From: Vulcanimicrobiaceae bacterium
Lineage (GTDB): Bacteria > Verrucomicrobiota > Verrucomicrobiia > Limisphaerales > Palsa-1400
Direction: 5' to 3'
NCBI GenBank assembly: GCA_035511075.1
Contig: DATKFW010000005.1
Location: 86,108 to 150,107 of the forward strand
Length of the DNA stretch: 64,000 nucleotides
In this document: piece by piece, positions 38,423 to 47,931 of the stretch
Numbering within the stretch: position 1 is the first letter of the stretch
Layout: each line of letters begins with the position of its first letter
Notes under the pieces: model-generated
The model's database searches: none
The model's input: the letters and a program-made list of their open reading frames with translations, nothing else
What the model was told of the DNA's origin: nothing
Program-made: the position numbers and the translations under genes

Positions 38423-39645
38423 AAAAGCGCGTCCTGTTTGTCGATGATGAGCCCATGATTCTGGAAGGCCTCAAACGGATGCTCCGTTCCATGCGCGCGG
38501 AATGGGAGATGGAGTTCGTCGAAAGCGGCGAGTCGGCCCTTTGCTTGCTGGGCCAAAAACCCTTCGATGTCATCGTTTCGGACATGCGCATGCCGCGCAT
38601 GAATGGGGCGGAGCTTCTGGCCGAGGTCATGAAGCGGCACCCCAACATGGTGCGCTTGATCCTCTCCGGCTACGCGGACAAGGACCTTATTCTCAAGTGT
38701 GTTGGCTCGACCCATCAATACCTCGCCAAGCCGTGCGATGCGGAGACTCTCAAAGCCACGATTTCACGGGCCTCAAACCTGGAGGATTCCGTTAACAGCC
38801 AGCGCCTCAAGACATTGGTCTGCAAGATGGATCATCTGCCCAGCATTCCCACCCTTTACGTGCAGGTGGTCGAGAAAGCCAGCCGGGCCGACGTCTCGAT
38901 TGAAGAAATAGGCGACATCATCGGCCGGGACATTGGGATGACGGCCCAAGTGCTCAAGCTGGCCAATTCTGCCTTTTTCGGCTTGCCCCGGCATCTGGCA
39001 AGTGCGGAGGAGGCTGTCGCCTATCTTGGTTTGGACACGATCAAGTCTTTGGTGTTGTCCATTCATGCCTTCTCCCAGTTTGAAAAAGCCGAAACCGGCA
39101 CCCTTAAGATGGAGACGTTGTGGAGCCACAGCTTGCAAGTCGCCAGCCTGGCCAAACGCATCTCCAACCTTGAAGTCCATGACGCCAAGTCCGCCGAAGA
39201 GGCTTTCACTGCCGGGATGCTTCACGACATTGGAAAACTTGTCCTGGCTGTCAATTTGCCAAATGAGTACACGGAGGCGATACGCCTGGCGCAATCAGGG
39301 ATGGCCCCTCCTCTTGCCGAACACGAGGTCTTCGGCACCAATCATGCCGATGTCGGCGGGTATTTGATTGGTCTATGGGGGCTGCCGGTGCCCGTCGTCG
39401 AAGCCGTGGCTCTCCATCACTTCCCTTCCCGCGCACCTCAACCCTCTTTCAGCCCGCTGACCAGCGTTTACGCGGCCAATGTCCTGGAACACGAACGATC
39501 CAATTCGTCTCAACCCACACCGGCTCCGCAATGGGATGCCGACTACCTGAGCCTGGTCGGCGTTTGGTCGCATTTGGACGACTGGCGCCATTTGCAGGCG
39601 GAAAACGAAACCTCTTATGAGCACAGAAATTCTATTTGTCGATGA
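38419..39645 (+). CDS. Response regulator REC + HDOD domain
   Basis: 408 aa. ATGA overlap with the kinase gene. REC motifs: VLFVDDEP...VIVSDMRMPRMNG. HDOD motifs: LPSIPTLYVQVVEK...IIGRDIGMTAQVLKLANSAFFG ... AGMLHDIGKLVL. Confidence 0.85.
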   Translation: MKKRVLFVDDEPMILEGLKRMLRSMRAEWEMEFVESGESALCLLGQKPFDVIVSDMRMPRMNGAELLAEVMKRHPNMVRLILSGYADKDLILKCVGSTHQYLAKPCDAETLKATISRASNLEDSVNSQRLKTLVCKMDHLPSIPTLYVQVVEKASRADVSIEEIGDIIGRDIGMTAQVLKLANSAFFGLPRHLASAEEAVAYLGLDTIKSLVLSIHAFSQFEKAETGTLKMETLWSHSLQVASLAKRISNLEVHDAKSAEEAFTAGMLHDIGKLVLAVNLPNEYTEAIRLAQSGMAPPLAEHEVFGTNHADVGGYLIGLWGLPVPVVEAVALHHFPSRAPQPSFSPLTSVYAANVLEHERSNSSQPTPAPQWDADYLSLVGVWSHLDDWRHLQAENETSYEHRNSICR

Positions 39646-40768
39646 TGACCCGGACATCCTGGCCGGATTTCAACGCAGCCTGAGGAAGGAGCTTAAGATT
39701 GACACGGCCGTCGGCGGCGCGGCCGCGCTGGCCATGATGCGCGGCCGGGAGCCCTATTCGGTCGTCGTGGCGGACATGCAAATGCCGGGCATGAACGGCG
39801 TCGAGTTCCTCAAGGAGTTGGAGAGGACGACGCCGGACACCGTTAGAATCATGCTGACAGGTAACGCCGACCAGAAAACGGCGCGCGACGCCGTCAACCA
39901 CGGCCACATTTTCCGCTTTCTGACCAAACCCTGTCCGCAGGAGGACCTGGTTCCCGCTCTTCGGGCCGGACTCAAGCATTACCAATTGGTGACAGCGGAA
40001 CGGGACGTCCTGGAGAAGACGTTGAACGGCAGCGCCCGCATGTTGAGCGATATTCTGGCCATGCACGACTCCCATTCTTTCGGCAAGTCCCAGCGCCTGC
40101 GTGATTACATGAGGGTCTTTGCAGATTATTTGAAATTGAAGCAAACGTGGGACTTGGAATTGGCCGCCACGCTCTCGCAAATCGGCTGCGTGACCATCCC
40201 GCAGGCGGTGCTGGAAAAATGCCGCGCCGGACGGCCCCTGGCCGGAGCGGAGGCCGACGTTGTGAGGCGAGTCCCTCAGATTGGCTACAACCTCCTGTCC
40301 CACATTCCGCGCCTGGAATCCGTCGCCGCAGTGGTGCTCTACCAAAACAAGAACTTCGACGGTACTGGCTTTCCTTTCGACAAAGTCGCCGGCGAGGACA
40401 TCCCGATCGGCGCGCGCATTTTGCGGGTCCTGCAGGACTTGCTGGAGCATGAATTGGCAAAGACTCCCAAGGACAAAGCGTTGGACAGCATGACTCGCTT
40501 CCCGGGCCGCTACGATCCCCGGGTGATGGAAGCCGTCGCGGCGCTGTTTGACGTTTGTCTGGCGCGCACCAGTCCGGGTGAAGCGCAGAGCCGTCCGGCC
40601 GGTATAAAGAACTTGCGGATCGGCTGGATCCTGGCCGCCGAAGCGCGCACACGGGGCGGCGTGCGGATCGTCCCGGCGGGCACGCAAATTTCGCCGATGT
40701 TGATGGAAAAACTGCGAAACTTTGCCGAACTGGGCGAACTGGAAGAGCCAATGCTGGTGACAGGTTAA
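39617..40768 (+). CDS. Response regulator REC + degenerate HD-GYP-like domain
   Basis: 383 aa; overlaps the previous gene by 29 nt. REC motifs: ILFVDDDP...VVVADMQMPGMNG. The C-domain is colinear with HD-GYP, but signature positions read LSQIGC (for HDxGK), YQN (for HHE) and DGTGFP (for DGxGYP). Confidence 0.72.
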   Translation: MSTEILFVDDDPDILAGFQRSLRKELKIDTAVGGAAALAMMRGREPYSVVVADMQMPGMNGVEFLKELERTTPDTVRIMLTGNADQKTARDAVNHGHIFRFLTKPCPQEDLVPALRAGLKHYQLVTAERDVLEKTLNGSARMLSDILAMHDSHSFGKSQRLRDYMRVFADYLKLKQTWDLELAATLSQIGCVTIPQAVLEKCRAGRPLAGAEADVVRRVPQIGYNLLSHIPRLESVAAVVLYQNKNFDGTGFPFDKVAGEDIPIGARILRVLQDLLEHELAKTPKDKALDSMTRFPGRYDPRVMEAVAALFDVCLARTSPGEAQSRPAGIKNLRIGWILAAEARTRGGVRIVPAGTQISPMLMEKLRNFAELGELEEPMLVTG

Positions 40769-40857
40769 ATAATCAGCATTCCGCCCAAACTTCTGCTCTC
40801 GTGGGCTTGCCTTTTACTTTGGCGCGGCTCAAATTTTTGGCGAGACACCGTGAATTC

Positions 40858-43515
40858 ATGAAATATACGTTCCTTTGCATCGCACAAGTCATCGTTCTGG
40901 CCGTGGCTTGTTTTGCCGAACCAGCGCCAAACCCAATGCCTATTGATTCCGGCTGGCATTTACAGTTCGCATCGCAGGTTTCACGCCCTCCGAGTGATAT
41001 CTCCTGGACTGGGCTTTACCCGGAAGATTGGCACGCGGCGACGGTGCCGGGCACCGTGTTGACGAGTTTGGTTAATGACGGGATTTATCCCGAACCTCTC
41101 TACGGAGAAAACAATCGGCCTGATAAAATCTCCGAAGGTCTCTCTCGACAATCTTACTGGTATCGGACGATATTCAGGACGCCGAAAGCTTATGCAGGCC
41201 GGAAAGTCTGGCTCCACTTTGATGGGATAAACTATTCAGCCGAAATCTGGGTCAATGGAAGCAAGGTGGGCACGATGGTCGGGGCGTTCGCGCGCGGCCT
41301 GTTTGACATCACCGCGAGTGTCCGGCCCGGGAAAAAGGCCGCGTTGGCCGTGCTTATCACGCCGCAGCCGCATCCGGGCTGGCCGCACGAACACACGTTG
41401 TTTGACGGCATGGGTTTGAATGGGGGCATCACCGCAGTTGATGGACCGACTTTTCTCTGCACCCTGGGCTGGGACTGGATACCAGCCATTCGCGATCGCG
41501 ACTGCGGCATCTGGCAAAAGGTATATTTGTCCGCGACGGGTCCGGTTGTCGTCAAAAACCCTCTGGTGATCAGCGATCTGCCATTGCCGGATTTGGAAAC
41601 GGCGGACGTGACCATTCAGACCACCCTTGAAAATGTCACTGACCAACCGCAGGAGGGCGTGTTGAAGGCGAATTTTGGCGACGTGACTCTTTCGACGCCC
41701 GTTAAGCTGGCCGCGCGCAGTTCGCAGATTGTGTCGCTCGATCCGAAGGCATTTCCGGAATTGCACGTGCATCATCCCAAGTTATGGTGGCCCAACGGCT
41801 ACGGCCCGCAGAATCTCTACAAGCTTCAACTGGATTTTGACATTGGGGGAACAGCCTCCGATCACCAGGACGTGAGCTTCGGCGTTCGAAAAATCACCTA
41901 CTCGGTCTCCGATTCGCAAAACCTTACGATTTCGGTCAATGGCGTCCGCATTTTTTGCAAGGGCGGCAACTGGGGCTTGGACGAGGCGATGAAACGCAAT
42001 CCGCGCGAGCGCCTGGAGGCGCAAATCCGCCTGCACCAATTGGCCAATTACACCATCATCCGCAACTGGGTCGGCCAAAGCACCAGCGAGGACTTTTACG
42101 AGTTGTGCGACCAATACGGGCTGCTTCTCTGGGACGAGTTTTTTCAGCCCAATCCAAGCGACGGTCCCGATCCGACGGACTTGGACACCTACGTGGCAAA
42201 TGTCCGCGACAAAATACTGAGGTTTCGCAACCATCCTTCCATCGCGGTCTGGTGCGCGCGCAACGAGGGCTATCCGCCCAGGCAGATTGATGACGCGCTG
42301 CGGAAATTGATGGCGGAACTGGAGCCGACACGGCTTTATCAGGCCAGTTCCACCGCCGGCCACGGAGTCTATTCGCACGGTCCGTACTGTTGGCGTCCGC
42401 CGCGCGAATTTTACAGTTTCGAATCCAACGATATTTTTAAGACCGAGATCGGAAGCGTTTCCATTCCGACTTTGGAATCCATTCACGGCATGATGCCCGA
42501 GAAGGATTGGGAAGCCATCGATGACGACTGGGCGGAACACGACTTTGCCAAGGGCGCGCAACGCGGCGACAAGTATCCCCAAATCATCAACGAGCGTTAC
42601 GGCAAGGTCGCGAATCTGGCGGACTTTGCGCGCAAAGGCCAGATGGCAAATTACGAGGCGTACCGCGCGATGTATGAAGGCCGTAACGCCAAACTGTTCA
42701 AGCCATGCACAGGTGTCATCACCTGGATGAGCAATCCCGCACAGCCCAGTTTTGTCTGGCAGATTTATCACCATGACCTCGAACCAAACTCGTCGTTGTT
42801 CGCCGCGAAAAAGGCGTGTGAGCCGGTGCATATTCAATTGAATGAAAAAACATGGGACGTGGAAGTCATAAACAATCTGCCCGCGCCGTTGACACAATCG
42901 CAGGCCAGCCTGACCATTTACAATCTTGACGGGTCAAACGTTTATCAGCGCCAGTTTGAGGTCCAGGCTCCGCCCAGCTCGGAATCCAGCCTCGGGCAAG
43001 TGGATTGGCCCACGAATCTTTCCGCTGTCCATTTCATCAAACTGGCGTTGCATGATTCCGCCGGCAAGCTGCTGTCCGATAATTTTTATTGGCGCGCGCT
43101 GCCGGAGCAGCCGGACAATTTGCAGGCCTTGGAAAAACTGCCGACGGTGACGCTTGCGGCGGACGTGGCGCGCCATGACGCCGGCGGAAAATGTCTGCTG
43201 GAGGTCAAATTGCACAACGCCAGTGCGCACATCGCGCTAATGACGCATTTGCAATTGCGCCGCCAGGAATCGCGCGAGCGCGTGTTGCCGGTTTATTATT
43301 CGGACAATTATGTTTCTCTGGCGCCGGGGGAATCCAGGACGATTTCCATTGAAGCGGCAGAATCCGGGTTGAACGGCCAGACGCCCCTGATACTAGTGGA
43401 CGGCTGGAATATTGCGGTCAAACCCTTTACCTCCGCCGATGCGGCGGTGGCTTTGAATGAAGAGGCCCAGGTAAGCCATTGGCCGGTGACGGGTTTGCCC
43501 GTCCGCATCCAGTAG
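40858..43515 (+). CDS. Glycoside hydrolase family 2 (beta-mannosidase / exo-beta-D-glucosaminidase-like), secreted
   Basis: Start at MKYTFLCIAQVIVLAVACFA (signal; ATG 40858), 885 aa. GH2 layout with a sugar-binding N-domain (WLHFDGINYSAEIWVNG). Acid/base region WCARNEG and nucleophile region FKTEIGS. Confidence 0.83.
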   Translation: MKYTFLCIAQVIVLAVACFAEPAPNPMPIDSGWHLQFASQVSRPPSDISWTGLYPEDWHAATVPGTVLTSLVNDGIYPEPLYGENNRPDKISEGLSRQSYWYRTIFRTPKAYAGRKVWLHFDGINYSAEIWVNGSKVGTMVGAFARGLFDITASVRPGKKAALAVLITPQPHPGWPHEHTLFDGMGLNGGITAVDGPTFLCTLGWDWIPAIRDRDCGIWQKVYLSATGPVVVKNPLVISDLPLPDLETADVTIQTTLENVTDQPQEGVLKANFGDVTLSTPVKLAARSSQIVSLDPKAFPELHVHHPKLWWPNGYGPQNLYKLQLDFDIGGTASDHQDVSFGVRKITYSVSDSQNLTISVNGVRIFCKGGNWGLDEAMKRNPRERLEAQIRLHQLANYTIIRNWVGQSTSEDFYELCDQYGLLLWDEFFQPNPSDGPDPTDLDTYVANVRDKILRFRNHPSIAVWCARNEGYPPRQIDDALRKLMAELEPTRLYQASSTAGHGVYSHGPYCWRPPREFYSFESNDIFKTEIGSVSIPTLESIHGMMPEKDWEAIDDDWAEHDFAKGAQRGDKYPQIINERYGKVANLADFARKGQMANYEAYRAMYEGRNAKLFKPCTGVITWMSNPAQPSFVWQIYHHDLEPNSSLFAAKKACEPVHIQLNEKTWDVEVINNLPAPLTQSQASLTIYNLDGSNVYQRQFEVQAPPSSESSLGQVDWPTNLSAVHFIKLALHDSAGKLLSDNFYWRALPEQPDNLQALEKLPTVTLAADVARHDAGGKCLLEVKLHNASAHIALMTHLQLRRQESRERVLPVYYSDNYVSLAPGESRTISIEAAESGLNGQTPLILVDGWNIAVKPFTSADAAVALNEEAQVSHWPVTGLPVRIQ

Positions 43516-43524
43516 TTTTCCGAA

Positions 43525-44541
43525 TCACGGTTTGGTTGCAAGCACCAACGGCGAAACCGCCGGGACCTTGAGCAGGCGCGGGTTGGTAAAACCGGCCTCG
43601 CGCAACCAGCCGCTGATTTCTACAAAACTGAAAGTGTCGCCCTTCTCAGTGTTGACCAGCATGTTGACGGCGAACAGGAGTCCGACGACCGGTTCGGTGC
43701 GGTCATGGTTCACCAGGAATTCCATGATGGCTATCGTGCCGCCCGGCGCCAGCGCATGGAACGTCTTTTTTATCAGCTTGCGGCTCCGGGCACGGCCTTC
43801 GCTGTGCAAAATGTGGCCAAGCGTCGCCACCTGATGATTTTTTCCCAATCGCACCTTCAATATATCACCGGGTATGACGGTCAACCGGTTGCCGACCCCG
43901 TGCCGGCGCGCAATTCTTTGGGTAACGGCGAGAACCGGCGGCCAATCCACTGCGGTGACGTGGACCCGCGGCGATTGTTCCGCCAGCGCGATGCCCCAGA
44001 CGCCGGAGCCGGCTGCAAGATCGAGCACCTTGACGGGCGTTTTTGCCTTGGAAATTCCAAGATGTTTCCCCAGGGCTTTGGCCGCGGCGTAACTCAGCGG
44101 GAAAATGGATTCGACAAACTCCGCAAAAAACGACGCCCCAGACTCTTCGGAATTAACCGTGGCGGCAGACCTGCCAGTGCGGACGGTTTTTTCCAGCGCG
44201 AGCCACTTTGGAATAAGCTGCGTGGAAATGTGGTGGAAAAACGCGCCATGATAGGCGGGCTTGTGCGAAACCAGAAATGTGGCGCTTTCCGGCGTCAGTG
44301 TGTAGCGGCCGCCGTCGCGGGCCAGCAATTTCAGCCCAACCAGCGCGTTGCAGATTGCAGTGACGCCCCGGACCGACACACCGGCCTGCCGGGCGAGCTG
44401 CTGCGCGTTGAGCGGAGCGGCGTCGAGCAAATCGAACAAGTGATGTTTCACCGCGGCTTCGACGATCAGCGGTGGCGCATAGCCCCAGCTCAATTGCATG
44501 ATACGTTCTGGCGTAATTTTGGAATGCGTGACAGTTTTCAT
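43525..44541 (-). CDS. SAM-dependent O-methyltransferase (family 2, with N-terminal dimerisation/winged-helix domain)
   Basis: Start at MKTVTHSKITPERIMQL (ATG 44541), 339 aa; the longer ORF-track start would overlap the upstream gene. SAM motif I VLDLAAGSGVWGIALAE. Acidic loop VTAVDWP. Confidence 0.8.
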   Translation of the reverse strand: MKTVTHSKITPERIMQLSWGYAPPLIVEAAVKHHLFDLLDAAPLNAQQLARQAGVSVRGVTAICNALVGLKLLARDGGRYTLTPESATFLVSHKPAYHGAFFHHISTQLIPKWLALEKTVRTGRSAATVNSEESGASFFAEFVESIFPLSYAAAKALGKHLGISKAKTPVKVLDLAAGSGVWGIALAEQSPRVHVTAVDWPPVLAVTQRIARRHGVGNRLTVIPGDILKVRLGKNHQVATLGHILHSEGRARSRKLIKKTFHALAPGGTIAIMEFLVNHDRTEPVVGLLFAVNMLVNTEKGDTFSFVEISGWLREAGFTNPRLLKVPAVSPLVLATKP

Positions 44542-44569
44542 AAGTAGATTTTTGAAACAATGCTGAATT

Positions 44570-45829
44570 CTAATTCGGTTTTCCGTTGGCCGCTTCATTT
44601 CCAGCGAAATGGAATCGGATGACTGTATAATCCCGGGTTTCGTGCAAACGGAAACCGAACTCTTGAATTTCTTTTGCGATCCCCGGCATATGGAGCGCTC
44701 CCCACGGCACGATGATGTTCTCCGATTGCGGAAGCCGCGCGCGGATTTCTCCCAATAGGTGCTCATTGCGCTTCCGGACGAGATCGTCAAAGAGTTGTTC
44801 CTGGAAATTGGGAGGTTGCGGATACTGAATCAACGCCAGCACAGTCTCGGCGTTGACACCCTTTGTATGGACGAGCATCGCCAGGTTGAGCAGACCGATC
44901 GTGTTGGTCGCGAACTGATCCACATCCACGTCAGCCCGGACCATTTCGCCGCGGGCTGGCGCAAATTGTTCATGCTGCTCTGCCAAACCCAGGGAGGTGG
45001 CCATTCGTTTGTAACTGATTTTGTTGGTAAGCATACGTTTGTTGTCAGTCACCCCTTCCATGAGAATGATCGAGTTGCTCGGAAACGATTCCGAAACTTT
45101 CTGATAAAAGTCCGAGTCGGCAATGTGCGACATCGGATACAACTCGATTGTCTTGCCGTCGTCGCGACCGTATTTTCTCACCTGAACCGTCAAGCCGCGC
45201 GGTCGAAGCGCCATGAAGCCGTCGCTGAAGTGATCCACCGCCAGCGCGGCGCAAACGGCAAGATAAACACATACGGCCGGCAGCAGCACGAAAACGTTCA
45301 CTCCAAGAAACAAGCACAGATTGCGCCAGCTAAAGCCCCGGGGTTCGAGCCGGTCTTCTGACACTAGCGCCCATCGGGACTCCGAGCCGGTGTGGAGGCG
45401 GGAGAGAATGGTCAGGGCGAGGATGATTTGACATATCGAGATGCCCAACAAAGCCTCCTGAACCCCCTTGTAATAATAAATTGAAATCGGAACCAAAACC
45501 AGCGCGGCAACTGGAGTGAAGAGCGTGAGCGGAAGAAACCAGCGTTTTGGGATCATCGGCGTCAGTGCCATCAGGCCGTAAACGATAATTGCCACGAGCA
45601 TGGCAAAACAGAACACGACCCCGCGGACCACCGAAAGGACGGTCGAACCGAAAAAGAGAATCAATGAATCATCGGCGACCGAAACGACTGCATCGGCGAC
45701 AAACAGCGCCAGACACACGCTCAACAGGAGGGCGAGCGGCTTTCGCACCGGCACGGACTGGTCTGTTTGCACAAGAGTTCTCCTCTTTTCACCGGTCATT
45801 TCAAGACCGGTCAGCCGGGGTTGAATCAA
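44570..45829 (-). CDS. Polytopic membrane protein with C-terminal TraB/GumN-like domain, putative
   Basis: 419 aa. About 6 N-terminal TM helices. The C-domain contains ELYPMSHIADSDFY...IILMEGV and IVPWGALHMPGIAKEIQEFGF, reminiscent of the GumN/TraB family (H...E ... GaxH..G). Start codon uncertain (M1 or M11). Confidence 0.5.
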   Translation of the reverse strand: MIQPRLTGLEMTGEKRRTLVQTDQSVPVRKPLALLLSVCLALFVADAVVSVADDSLILFFGSTVLSVVRGVVFCFAMLVAIIVYGLMALTPMIPKRWFLPLTLFTPVAALVLVPISIYYYKGVQEALLGISICQIILALTILSRLHTGSESRWALVSEDRLEPRGFSWRNLCLFLGVNVFVLLPAVCVYLAVCAALAVDHFSDGFMALRPRGLTVQVRKYGRDDGKTIELYPMSHIADSDFYQKVSESFPSNSIILMEGVTDNKRMLTNKISYKRMATSLGLAEQHEQFAPARGEMVRADVDVDQFATNTIGLLNLAMLVHTKGVNAETVLALIQYPQPPNFQEQLFDDLVRKRNEHLLGEIRARLPQSENIIVPWGALHMPGIAKEIQEFGFRLHETRDYTVIRFHFAGNEAANGKPN

Positions 45830-45877
45830 AACCGCGCACCTTGAGGTGGGTTGTTCATATCACGTCCGATTTTCAAA

Positions 45878-47749
45878 TCAAGGGTTTTCGGCGGCCGCGC
45901 ACTCGATCGCTGTGGCCGAAAGCGGCGGCAGCCGCACCCCGCCTTCGCTCGCAGGCAAACTGACAATCGTGACCCGTTCAGGCTGCTGCCAATGGTTTTC
46001 CACGTCGGGCTGTCGAAGGTTCAAAACGTCGCACACGCTTTCGGCGCTGACGACGCGGGGGGCTGGGTCGAACCCGCCGAAGCCCGGAACGAACTGCACC
46101 GAGTCGCGGGTTGGATTGACGGCGAAAACGACGACGGATTTCCTGTCATCCGAGGCGCAGGCAAAGAGGTCCAGCCGGTTATCATACCGCAGCACCACCA
46201 GCGGAACCGGTTTGGCGTGGAGGGAATAGAGTTTCATGACGTAGTGGCTGGGCTGGCGAAGGACGCCTGTGCCCGAGGCGGCGGTCAGAATGGTGGCGCC
46301 GCAGTAACTGTTGGCCAGATTGGACCGGTTGGCAATCTTGACCTTGTCCGAATGCCGCATCATGAGGTTGAGATAGCGCGCGTTTTCCAGGCCCGCCAGG
46401 AGGGTGGATTGGCGGGCGCGGCCCAGACCCCACGCTCCGCCGTCAATGTTCCATTCTGTCACACCTATCTTGATGTGGGAACAGCCGGGTGTCCGGTCGA
46501 TCATTTCACCAATCCGGTCGAAGTCCGACTGGCACTCATTGAGATCGGTCGTGTAATGGTGCGGGCAGACGAAATCAACCTCCCGACCCACGCGGTCCAG
46601 CAACTCTTGCGAGGGATAGGAAGTCAGGATTTGCGCCGCGGGGTCCACGGAGCGGATTGCCTGGATGAACGCCGGGAATTGATCGAGATAGGCGGCATCG
46701 CTGCCGCTGATCTCGTTGCCGATCTCCCAATACTTGACATGATACGGCTCGGGATGGCCGTTGGCCGCACGTTTTGCGCCCCAGGCGGTCCCGGGGCCTC
46801 CGTCGCAATATTCCGCCAGGTCGTGCGCGCTTTGGGCGCCATCGGCAAAGCTGACGCAGATCAGCGGTTGGGCGGCGACCAGTTCGCAGAATTGGCAAAA
46901 CTCATCGATCCCGACGTCATCAGAGTCCAGCCGGCCCCAATTTTCATTGGGCCACGGAGTGCGCCGGTCGCGGTCGCCGATGCCATTTTTCCAACGGTAG
47001 TGGCCCGGGTCCACGGCGGAGCCGCCCCAGCGAAGGATGCCGGGACGGATTTCCTTGATCGCCTCGACCACGTCGGCCCGCCAGCCGTTCTGGTTGTCGC
47101 CCGGCATGAGTGAGAGTTTATTCACCCAAAGGCGGCCCTGGCCTTCGGCGCGAAGCTCAAAGACCGCGCGGTCAGTCTGGCCCCTGGAGACCATTTTGAC
47201 AGAGTACTTTTGCCACTCTGGCGAAGGCGCGGGAAGCTCGGCGCCCGCCAGAGTGAACCATTCACCGGTCGGCAGCAGGGCCTTGAGCAGCACGGAAACT
47301 TTGATCCCGTTATCCCCGCGCATATAGGTCGAAAAACGGTACTCGAGGTCTTTTCGCGCCGAGAGGCCCGATTGGGTGAGGCTGGCCGGGCCGGGGCCGG
47401 CCGTGAGTTTGGCGCAACGTTTCCCATTGAACGGATTGTCCGTGTCGTAGTTCCAAGTGGAGTTGGTGTCCCACTGACGGTCGCAAATATCCAGGGAGCC
47501 GTCGTAGTACACCCAATCGGCGGTCGGGAGGACTCCGGCGAAAGACCGGTCGTTCAACAACTCGGCCCACGATCCGGGCACAACGTCATCGAGCAATTCC
47601 ATAAAGTTGCCGAACAATGTGGGTTCAATGCGTCCGCCCGTAATCGCTTCGGCCCGGATGACGGCGTTGGTAACGCTGTTTTGGGCAGCCAGAGGAATGG
47701 CGGCAGCCACAAGAGCCGTTGCGAAAAAGCCGGTCATGGAACGATTCAC
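45878..47749 (-). CDS. Glycoside hydrolase family 51-like alpha-L-arabinofuranosidase, secreted
   Basis: 623 aa. Signal peptide MNRSMTGFFATALVAAAIPLAAQ. Motifs: LRWGGSAVDPGHYRWKNGIGDRDRR, IDEFCQFCE. Catalytic-acid context YWEIGNE. Confidence 0.78.
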   Translation of the reverse strand: MNRSMTGFFATALVAAAIPLAAQNSVTNAVIRAEAITGGRIEPTLFGNFMELLDDVVPGSWAELLNDRSFAGVLPTADWVYYDGSLDICDRQWDTNSTWNYDTDNPFNGKRCAKLTAGPGPASLTQSGLSARKDLEYRFSTYMRGDNGIKVSVLLKALLPTGEWFTLAGAELPAPSPEWQKYSVKMVSRGQTDRAVFELRAEGQGRLWVNKLSLMPGDNQNGWRADVVEAIKEIRPGILRWGGSAVDPGHYRWKNGIGDRDRRTPWPNENWGRLDSDDVGIDEFCQFCELVAAQPLICVSFADGAQSAHDLAEYCDGGPGTAWGAKRAANGHPEPYHVKYWEIGNEISGSDAAYLDQFPAFIQAIRSVDPAAQILTSYPSQELLDRVGREVDFVCPHHYTTDLNECQSDFDRIGEMIDRTPGCSHIKIGVTEWNIDGGAWGLGRARQSTLLAGLENARYLNLMMRHSDKVKIANRSNLANSYCGATILTAASGTGVLRQPSHYVMKLYSLHAKPVPLVVLRYDNRLDLFACASDDRKSVVVFAVNPTRDSVQFVPGFGGFDPAPRVVSAESVCDVLNLRQPDVENHWQQPERVTIVSLPASEGGVRLPPLSATAIECAAAENP

Positions 47750-47772
47750 AGTGCGACTTTAGTAGTTCTGTC

Positions 47773-47931
47773 GCGGAAGCCAAGTTCTTCGCAGCCAACC
47801 CGTTCGATTATTTGAAGGATTTGTTCACCCGCTTGCCCGCGGCCAAAATCACCCAGATCGGGGAGTTCACCCCCGCGGCATGGGCCAACCGAAACAACAA
47901 TTCTACCCGCCTCGGATTCATGGCTGCTTGA
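47773..47931 (+). pseudogene. Remnant of the C-terminus of an IS66-family transposase
   Basis: The frame reads AEAKFFAANPFDYLKDLFTRLPAAKITQIGEFTPAAWA... This matches the conserved IS66 TnpC tail pattern (K..G.NP..YL.D.L.RLP....I.EL.P..W). No upstream transposase body exists because the GH51 start codon lies at 47749. The 3' end overlaps the kinase stop. Confidence 0.7.
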
